From contig CM082592.2 in NCBI GenBank assembly GCA_040954595.2, forward strand, positions 5,114,506-5,178,505: a stretch of DNA of 64,000 bases, given 5' to 3'. Below, one piece after another: positions 14,801-23,839 of this stretch. Below the pieces are notes generated by a model. The model was not told where the DNA came from. It was given only the letters and a program-made list of their open reading frames with translations, and made no database searches. The stretch's first letter is position 1, and every line of letters begins with the position of its first letter. Made by a program: the position numbers and the translations under genes. This DNA comes from Balanoglossus misakiensis. Its lineage: Eukaryota > Animalia > Hemichordata.

Positions 14801-17112
14801 GAAGAATTTTTGATATTTCGGAAAGTCGAAAAATTGTCATTTTTGGATGATTTTCATGGGCTATAACCCATGATTTTTGTCAAAATATGAAGAATTTTTG
14901 ATATTTCGGAAAGTCGAAAAATTGTCATTTTTGGATGATTTTCATGGGCTATAACCTATGATTTTTGTCAAAATATGAAGAATTTTTGATATTTCGGAAA
15001 GTCGAAAAATTGTCATTTTTGGATGATTTTCATGGGCTATAACCCATGATTTTTGTCAAAATATGAAGAATTTTTGATATTTCGGAAAGTCGAAAAATTG
15101 TCATTTTTGGATGATTTTCATGGGCTATAACCCATGATTTTTGTCAAAATATGAAGAATTTGTGATATTTCGGAAAGTCGAAAAATTGTCATTTTTGGAT
15201 GATTTTCATGGGCTATAACCCATGATTTTTGTCAAAATATGAAGAATTTGTGATATTTCGGAAAGTCCAAAAATCGTCATTTTTGGATGATTTTCATGGG
15301 CTATAACCCATGATTTTTGTCAAATTATGAAGAATTTTTGATATTTCGGAAAGTCGAAAAATCGTCATTTTTGGATGATTTTCATGGGCTATAACCCATG
15401 ATTTTTGTCAAAATATGAAGAATTTTTGATATTTCGGAAAGTCCAAAAATCGTCATTTTTGGATGATTTTCATGGGCTATAACCCATGATTTTTGTCAAA
15501 ATATGAAGAATTTTTGATATTTCGGAAAGTCGAAAAATCGTCATTTTTGGATGATTTTCATGGGCTATAACCCATGATTTTTGTCAAAATATGAAGAATT
15601 TTTGATATTTCGGAAAGTCGAAAAATCGTCATTTTTGGATGATTTTCATGGGCTATAACCCATGATTTTTGTCAAAATATGAAGAATTTTTGATATTTCG
15701 GAAAGTCGAAAAATCGTCATTTTTGGATGATTTTCATGGGCTATAACCCATGATTTTTGTCAAAATATGAAGAATTTTTGATATTTCGGAAAGTCGAAAA
15801 ATTGTCATTTTTGGATGATTTTCATGGGCTATAACCCATGATTTTTGTCAAAATATGAAGAATTTTCGATATTTCGGAAAGTCGAAAAATTGTCATTTTT
15901 CGATGATTTTCATGGGCTATAACCCATGATTTTTGTCAAAATATGAAGAATTTTTGATATTTCGGAAAGTTGAAAAATTGTCATTTTTGGATGATTTTCA
16001 TGGGCTATAACCCATGATTTTTGTCAAAATATGAAGAATTTTTGAAATTTCGGAAAGTCGAAAAATTGTCATTTTTGGATGATTTTCATGGGCTATAACC
16101 CATGATTTTTGTCAAAATATGAAGAATTTTTGATATTTCGGAAAGTCGAAAAATCGTCATTTTTGGATGATTTTCATGGGCTATAGCCCATGATTTTTGT
16201 CAAAATATGAAGAATTTTTGATATTTCGGAAAGTCGAAAAATCGTCATTTTTGGATGATTTTCATGGGCTATAACCCATGATTTTTGTCAAAATATGAAG
16301 AATTTTTGATATTTCGGAAAGTCGAAAAATCGTCATTTTTGGATGATTTTCATGGGCTATAACCCATGATTTTTGTCAAAATATGAAGAATTTTTGATAT
16401 TTCGGAAAGTCGAAAAATCGTCATTTTTGGATGATTTTCATGGGCTATAACCCATGATTTTTGTCAAAATATGAAGAATTTTTGATATTTCGGAAAGTCG
16501 AAAAATTGTCATTTTTGGATGATTTTCATGGGCTATAACCCATGATTTTTGTCAAAATATGAAGAATTTTTGATATTTCGGAAAGTCGAAAATTCGTCAT
16601 TTTTGGATGATTTTCATGGGCTATAACCCATGATTTTTGTCAAAATATGAAGAATTTTTGATATTTCGGAAAGTCGAAAATTCGTCATTTTTGGATGATT
16701 TTCATGGGCTATAACCCATGATTTTTGTCAAAATATGAAGAATTTTTGATATTTCGGAAAGTCGAAAAATTGTCATTTTTGGATGATTTTCATGGGCTAT
16801 AACCCATGATTTTTGTCAAAATTTGAAGAATTTTTGATATTTCGGAAAGTCGAAAAATTGTCATTTTTGGATGATTTTCATGGGCTATAACCCATGATTT
16901 TTGTCAAAATATGAAGAATTTTTGATATTTCGGAAAGTCGAAAAATTGTCATTTTTGGATGATTTTCATGGGCTATAACCCATGATTTTTGTCAAAATAT
17001 GAAGAATTTTTGATATTTCGGAAAGTCGAAAAATCGTCATTTTTGGATGATTTTCATGGGCTATAGCCCATGATTTTTGTCAAAATATGAAGAATTTTTG
17101 ATATTTCGGAAA
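8801..17112 (-). repeat. 88-bp satellite tandem array, inverted arm (~94 monomers)
   Basis: From 8801 the sequence is the reverse complement of the same monomer (gtcaaaatatgaagaatttttgatatttcggaaagtcgaaaaat(t/c)gtcatttttggatgattttcatgggctataacccatgattttt). Confidence 0.99.
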
Positions 17113-17141
17113 ATCATCTAAAAATGACGGTTCTTCGACCA

Positions 17142-17631
17142 AAACTTTGGTGATTTTGTCATTTTTGGACATTTTTCATGGGTTATAGCCCATGAAAATT
17201 GTCAAAATATGACAAATTCTTGACTTTGCAAACTTTGGTGATTTTTGTCATTTTTGGTCATTTTTCATGGGTTATAGCTCATGAAAACTGTCAAAATATA
17301 TCAAATTCTTGACTTTGCAAACTTTGTTGATTATGTCATTTTTGGACATTTTTCACGGTTTATAGCTCATGAAAATTGTCAAAATATGACAAATTCTTGA
17401 CTTTGCAAACTTTGGTAATTTTGTCATTTTTGGACATTTTTCACGGTTTATAGCTCATGAAAATTGTCAAAATATGACAAATTCTTGACTTTGCAAACTT
17501 TGTTGATTATGTCATTTTTGGACATTTTTCACGGTTTATAGCTCATGAAAATTGTCAAAATATGACAAATTCTTGACTTTGCAAACTTTGGTGATTTTGT
17601 CATTTTTGGACATTTTTCATGGGTTATAACC
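17142..17631. repeat. Diverged 88-bp satellite subfamily (~5.5 copies) at the array edge
   Basis: Unit aaactttggtgattttgtcatttttggacatttttcatgggttatagcccatgaaaattgtcaaaatatgacaaattcttgactttgc starts at 17142, 17230, 17319, 17407, 17495 and 17583; it shares the catgggttatagcccatg core and the gtcaaaatatga and gtcatttttgga blocks with the main satellite. Confidence 0.95.
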
Positions 17632-17654
17632 AAGCTTTCCTCGTGAAATTTCAG

Positions 17655-19612
17655 GACGAGAAAAATCAGATCATGACTGCAAGTATGTGGGTCAAACAGG
17701 TAAGCGAACAAAATAGTCGATTTGTCTAAGCTTGTACATATTACCAATTTGTTTAACTGTAGTGTAGTGTGGTGTTGTGTGGTGTGGTGTACTGCTCTGT
17801 ACTGTAATGTGCAGTACTGTATATTGCAGCGTAGTGTAGTGCACTGTAGTGTAGGGTCCACATTAACATTTTCTTTGGTTAAACAATCGTATAAAATGTT
17901 TTCGTCGGGAGCCTACAATAAGCAAACTATTACACCCAATTTTGTCCACTTCAGAAATGGCGAGATTACCAGTTACAATGGAACCCAGACCATTATGGAG
18001 GGCTGAAGATACTACACGTGCCGGCAAACATGCTGTGGATGCCCGACATTGTTCTCTACAATAAGTACTAAAAATAATTACATTATATTTTCACGGCGAC
18101 AATTATTAGATCAAGCCGTATACGTTATATCTACCTCAAGCAGAAAACGTTGTACCTTGTTGTTTAACCTGTAGTAACTTCATGTTTTTTTTTATTCTTC
18201 AGTGCCGACGGCCCCTACGTTGTCACAATGATGACAATGGCCTTGATTTCGCACGACGGGACCGTCTACTGGGTGCCGCCGGCCATCTACAAGAGCTCCT
18301 GTCAGATCGACGTGTCGTACTTCCCCTTCGACGAGCAGCGCTGCAAGATGAAATTCGGCTCCTGGAGCCACGACGGCGACCACGTGGACCTGGCGGCGAT
18401 GTCGTCCGTCATCGAGCAGGAGGACTACTGGGAGAACGGCGAGTGGGAGATCGTGGAGTCGCCGGTGGAGAGGCACGCCATCAAGTACCCGTGCTGCGAC
18501 GAGATCTACGTCGACCTGACCTTCACGTTGGTGGTGCACAGGAAGCCGCTGTTCTACATAGTGACGCTGGTCCTCCCGTGCCTCCTGATCTCCGTGCTGA
18601 CGGTGTTCGTGTTCTACATCCCGTCGGACTGCGGCGAGAAGATCACGCTGTGCATCTCCGTCCTGCTGGCGCTCATCGTCTTCCTGCTGCTCATCTCCGA
18701 GATCATCCCGCCGACGTCGAAGACCATCCCGCTGATCGGCAAGTACCTGCTCTTCACCATGGTGCTGGTCAGCCTCTCCATCGTCATCACCGTCGTCGTG
18801 CTCAACATCCACCACCGCACCTCGTCCACGCACACCATGCCGTCGTGGGTGCGCCACCTCTTCATCGAGATCCTGGCGAGGCTGCTGTACATGCAGAGGC
18901 CCGCGGACGTCGCCAAGAGACCCAAGGGCCGGCTGACGGACATCTTCAAGAAGTGCAAACTGAAAACGCTCAAGATTCGCCGGCGCGACAACGAGATCCC
19001 CAAACCCGAGCCCGGGTCAGTGGAGGCGGGGTACCAGCCCATCCCGCTGCTGCTGGCGAATAAGCTAAACGAGAAAATCCCGCCGTCTCTCCGCGAGGAG
19101 ATAGAATGGAGAGAGAGACAGGTGAAAAAAGAACTCGAAGAAAAGAAAGAAATGGAGTACGACAGCATTCCTGATGAACTTAGGGAAGCACTGACCAATA
19201 TCAATTATATTGTCGATCATTTAAAACAGGAAGATGAGGATGATGAGGTAGGCATAATACAAACCTGTAGACTATCTCTGGCTAACATGTTATCAACACG
19301 TTATCATGTGGAATTTTTTTCATCTTTCAGACAAGTATCTCGTCCTAGTCAATCTCTGTACTCTCTCTCTCTCTCTTTCTCTCTATCTCTCTCTCTCTCT
19401 CGCAGTTCAGTGAAGACTGGAAGTTCGTCGGCATGGTGATAGACAGAATATTTCTGTTGACCTTCGTGCTCGTCTGCATCACGGGTACCTGTTCCATCTT
19501 ACTCGCGTCGCCGGTGATATGGGAAAATGGAAGCGAACACAATCGGTATGTTCCAGTGCAGCCAGTCGAACTAGACAGCGGTATTCCCCTTGGCCAAGGC
19601 ATGCTTGGGTGA
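17655..19612 (+). CDS. Nicotinic acetylcholine receptor alpha subunit (Cys-loop, neuronal alpha2-6-like), 5'-partial, four coding exons
   Basis: Exons: 17655-17699 ([15 protein letters not shown], the conserved 45-nt nAChR exon), 17955-18064 ([16 protein letters not shown]...WMPDIVLYN, the conserved 110-nt exon), 18203-19247 (Cys-loop [15 protein letters not shown], loop C YPCCDEIY with vicinal Cys, M1-M3, GEK at the start of M2, cytoplasmic loop), 19406-19612 ([16 protein letters not shown]..., M4, TGA). All introns GT-AG and in frame. Signal-peptide exons are not in the window. Confidence 0.96.
17755..17853. repeat. Degenerate pentanucleotide (GTAGT/GTGGT-like) microsatellite in nAChR intron
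   Basis: tgtagtgtagtgtggtgttgtgtggtgtggtgtactg... has 5-nt periodicity. Confidence 0.8.
19361..19401. repeat. (CT)n tract serving as polypyrimidine tract of the last nAChR intron
   Basis: ctctctct... immediately precedes the cgcag acceptor at 19401-19405. Confidence 0.9.
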
Positions 19613-20390
19613 AGGGCGCGAGGCGAGATCGACCTGCATGCCTGCAAGAAATTAAACACACTGGTGTATCACAACCAAAGATTGGGGGCGCCGTTTACCC
19701 GCACCCCCCCCCCCCCCCGACCGAGAGTGTGTGGAAGTACATTGCAGACTCTATCTCTCACAGTCCCCGGCTCTCGCCGTATGACCAAAGTCGTCGTTTT
19801 GTCGCCATTTCTCATGAATTGTTCATTTAAGAGTTCTGAGCCCAGTAGAAAGAAATAAATGAATCTATTCGTTCGTATTCTACAAGAATTTATTCTTGAA
19901 AATACAAAAATGTTCATACACACGCTACTAATGTACTTGTACGATTCGAAAGTACGCAATAAAATGGCATATAAGTTGTGTTAATGGCACTATCCGATTT
20001 GAGATTCGGATATCACGATACATGTATTTTCCCTCGCAAATAATTATATGGCTACTTTACCAATGTTTTGCGCCCTCAAATAAAATGAAGATAACCCTGG
20101 AACTACAGGAACAGGTTTATGAGCTTAAAATTCAACTATGTATGACGTAATGTCGTAGAAATCGACAGACTGGTTTTGCTATTTAAAACACAGTTACTCA
20201 GCTATGGTCGCACTCGTGTGTGCGTGGCGATGGCCAGATGCAATGTTAGTATCGGGTGCTGCTATAGACGATGTTCTTCGCAGCACTAATACAGAGCTGC
20301 ATGCAAGCCAAATCGTCAACCCAGCAGCACCTGCTACAATCATTGCAGCTAAGAGACGGCCACTGTGTTTTCCTAAAAAACTCCACGGGT

Positions 20391-21040
20391 TTATTGATAT
20401 TCAGCCAACAATTCCTTGATTTCTTCCATCTCCAGCTTTTCATCCAGTTCTCGCTTGGCATCGGGGGTAAGTGTGTCCAACATTCTCACCAAGTTCCGAA
20501 GCTTACGCGCGGTGACAATGGAACCTGGCAACGAAAAGTAATTCGTGAAGGTTTAAAGGTATACGGTCACCTATGCAAATATAGCCAGAGTTACCATGGC
20601 AAACTGAGATTTTCAGTGGGTGACAAACGCGAAAAAAAAGAGCGCCACCATACGTTCTTAAGAACACTCAAATATGCCGTTTCTGCCATATATGGGCGTA
20701 TGTAAATTGGTTGTGACCGTATACCTTTAAAGCATGACACCTAAAGCTAAGGGTGATCGTTAGCGGGCGCTTTGGGGTTCGCAAAAAAACATGTACATGT
20801 ACAAAACAACTAACCTCGGGCTGGAAAGCACATCCCAGTATGCATATATTCGATGTAACGACATGTCTCTCCGTCCGGACAGTCGACACGACTGCAGTCG
20901 TCTTAATAATGAAATTAGGAAAGAAAACATATAGTGAGTTACATGTATGACAGAGAGAGGTATGACAATAGGTAGAATAGTGTTGTTGTTGTTGTCGTCA
21001 TTGTTTTTGTTGTTCTTGTTGTTAATTGACGTTATTGTTT

Positions 21041-21121
<81 letters not shown>

Positions 21122-21248
21122 TGTTTTGTTTTGTTCTGGCGAAATACTCACCACGCTTGATAGTATCCCTTTCTGGAAAGAGTATCCCAGCGTTTACGAC
21201 GAGAGGAATTGCGATCAGCAGCAGGGCAAACATGTAAAGGTGCGACAT
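20391..21248 (-). CDS. Secreted Cys-rich peptide precursor, paralog 1 (105 aa; signal peptide, KR, one FOLN-like 4-Cys peptide, helical/acidic C-terminal tail)
   Basis: Exons 21248-21152, 20901-20815 (AAG acceptor) and 20524-20391, phase-1 introns with GT donors, 318 nt: MSHLYMFALLLIAIPLVVNA-GILFPERDTIKR-DDCSRVDCPDGETCRYIEYMHTGMCFPAR-GSIVTARKLRNLVRMLDTLTPDAKR-ELDEKLEMEEIKELLAEYQ*. A non-coding first exon ends at donor 21823. Confidence 0.8.
20557..20726. mobile_element. 170-bp MITE with TTAA target duplication (Kolobok-like termini), in an intron of peptide paralog 1
   Basis: TTAA(20553-20556)|AGGTATACGGTCAC ... GTGACCGTATACCT|TTAA(20727-20730): perfect 14-bp TIR. RR...YY termini with a TTAA TSD fit Kolobok rather than piggyBac (CCY termini). 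Confidence 0.8.
21043..21120. repeat. (GTT)n microsatellite
   Basis: About 26 perfect GTT units, intronic in peptide paralog 1. Confidence 0.98.
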
Positions 21249-21941
21249 CGTGGATCCTGTCAATAAAATCATATCATACCGTTCATTGCCCTAATTATAT
21301 GAATGGTCCTACAGCGCGCATGCACACACTCTCACTTTAATCTCTTTCTGATGATTGACCTCTTCCACAGAAAAGGGCGGTGGACAATGAACGACCTCCT
21401 GAACGCCCTTGGTTTCAGATCTCCTTAGAAAATCAACCAAATACAGCATTTATCTAAATTCTTTTTGCATAAAAAAAAACTATTGGGAATGATCCTTGCA
21501 GGGTACGTTGACTCTTAGCATTTTTATTCATGTAAGGAAAACAATTGTCTTCGGACGGCCACGATCTCCATCTGCCCGGTCTACATACAGGACTGCCGAT
21601 TAAAAGCCCTTTGAAGCCGTCAACTCTGGTGAAAGCAACAGGTGTCTCGCAGACGCTAGACCGTCGTTAAGGTTGGGCGGTTGTGATTTAACCGAGATTT
21701 AACGAGCTGCACCCATAAGATATTTACGAAATGGTGTTGGGGCCGTCATCTGGTATACATGTAATGGCTTCGCGATTAACTATGGAGGCAAACGTTTCCC
21801 AAAAATATTAAGCAATGCTTACCCGGTTGTCGAAATTGTCCCGAGAGTTTGTTCTTCTCAGCGAGCAGCAGCTACTTGGTGGTCGTCGTCGCCGGACTTG
21901 ATCCTATACAGCAACCCCGGCTGAAACTCACAACACCCCTA

Positions 21942-22058
21942 ATATATATCCCTCTGAGTACGACCAAGGGTCTTTGCTCCGCCCACCAACGTATACCAGC
22001 CAATGAAATCACTGACATTATTGGTTTACCCGAAAAATACATTAGCGCTTGTCATTGG
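21942..22058 (-). promoter_or_regulatory. Pol II promoter of peptide paralog 1 (TATA, GC box, three CCAAT boxes)
   Basis: TATATA at ~21942-21949, GGGCGG at 21979-21984, CCAAT/ATTGG at 22000-22004, 22020-22024 and 22054-22058. It lies upstream of a ~90-nt non-coding exon ending in G|gtaagc (21823); all motifs are conserved in the paralog. Confidence 0.7.
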
Positions 22059-23839
22059 TGATCTCTCGGGCATGCATACCTGGGACCGAGCAGCTTCGTC
22101 CTCGTTCGGTCTGCCATGTGATAGTTACAAACACTAGTTTAATTTTCTATTCTACACTTTTTCGTGGATTTTCCTCTCACTCGCAAATTTACCATAATGT
22201 GTCGAAAATAACGTTTTGAAAGGGTAACCAACACGACGTTTTTTTGTAGAATTGACATGTTATAAAATTAAACGGTATTTATCTTCCCACTTTTGCGTCA
22301 TTTAAATACGGCGTGTACTTCGCAAAAACAACAAAAAACAGCAGATTCCATAGTCTTTGAAATCCCATGGCGCAATCTAGACCACTCCCAACAAAAAGAA
22401 CGTTCCAGTTCATATACCCCCACTTAAGAATATCGACCTGTAATTTTTAGATTCAAGTCACGTTTTGCATTCTTTTTTATGCGCTATTCTGGTGTGTTAT
22501 TGACGCCAATATTTCATGACAATTCTTGCAGTCACGTGGGAATGCGACCTTTCTGACGTACAAGCTTCCCTTGCTAATGTGACTTGTGGCATGTTGATAA
22601 AAAAAACTCGTCAAATTCAATATTTGCTGTGTTTAATCCGATCGCACACAAAAGATTAATTTACCCAATCAAAGTGAACATCTTGAATTTCGCATCCGAT
22701 AGGGGTAATACACTGGAACAGTATGAGGAGAAATGTAGCGTCGACGAAAACTACAACCTCCCAAGGTGTCTTCGCAAAGGACCGTGCCACACCCAAAACC
22801 AGACTCCCATGACGACCCCTGTTCTAAATCATGTATGCAGTACTTCGCATAGTGTAGCAAACACTCGAAATTTTAATGGCCACGGTGTGTTGACAAAGCC
22901 TCCTGTTCAGTAGAGGTGAATGAAGCGAACGGCATTCAGTGCAGAATTTAAGCTCATCTCTCTCTCTCTCTCTCAAATTGATGCCGTCGACCTTTCTCAA
23001 CAATATACGCTCCAATTACATTTCGCCCAACGCACAACCAGTGTAAACACTAGGGACCTGTTCCTTTGCACTCGAATACACAAAGCGCTACATGGTCATG
23101 CACGTAAAACACTGCGAGGTGAGTGTATTGATGTGAAGTAAGTTAACACTCATGGAAACGGTTGCAAGCATTCACTGTGACGGGCGTGACCGGTCGCATT
23201 CCAAGTTATATCGGTTCATGCTCGAAAACTATAATAGAGCTTTGAAACATGACTGATGTATAGAGATTGATTTACTTGTAAACTTGTAAGCGAAATGTAA
23301 CCTCAACAGTAAAAAAAGTAACCCCAAGCGATTACGGCTTGCAATGGTCGACAAGAGTATTCTTTTGCGAATCAATAGGTCTTTGTATAGCTTTTTAAAC
23401 TCGCCCACTCTCAAAACAAACCTAGCCTTAAAAATTTTGTTAAAGGTACACGACGTGTATCCAAAGGGCATTCGCCCCCCGAAAAACAAGTATCGTTTGG
23501 CGTTGATGGCGCACATTCAATCATTGGAGGTGGACCCGGCAGAAGATGATGTTCATGCACTAAATTAGTCCCAGTTTGATGTCTTTCCATCAGTCCACCA
23601 GTCTGGTAGGAAAATGTCCTCATAAGACAAAACAAGTCCGCGCATTTCCTGTGTCATCGAGTCGTGTAACACATAGATACTCTGTCACACACACTCACAA
23701 TACTTCATATACAGGCTTTCAAATGACAAAATAAGGTTAATGGTTAAATTTAAATTTAATCTACTTAAATGTCCTTTGAAGTGGTTAGTGATGATATCAG
23801 CCTATATTTCCTGTTGGGTCACGGTGACTCCGATTACTT

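Noticed and set aside
1-17112. CRISPR-like array (palindromic repeats at regular spacing)
   Set aside because: The intervening sequence is identical between units (no unique spacers), there are no cas genes, and the context is eukaryotic; it is a satellite.
17529-18006. 110-aa and 94-aa Cys/Thr-rich ORFs
   Set aside because: They arise from the satellite edge and a pentanucleotide microsatellite in nAChR introns.
18182-19204. Long overlapping ORFs (293 aa +, 221 aa -, 196 aa -)
   Set aside because: Shadow frames of the GC3-rich nAChR exon; no recognisable protein features.
19248-19439. C-terminal extension of the 403-aa nAChR ORF (VGIIQT...SLSLSLS)
   Set aside because: Read-through into an intron (GT at 19248, CT tract, AG at 19404-19405); the real M4 exon is in another frame.
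20760-21272. 170-aa signal peptide + poly-Thr mucin-like ORF
   Set aside because: The poly-Thr is an intronic (AAC)n microsatellite after the G|gtgagt donor at 21152; only the signal-peptide exon is real.
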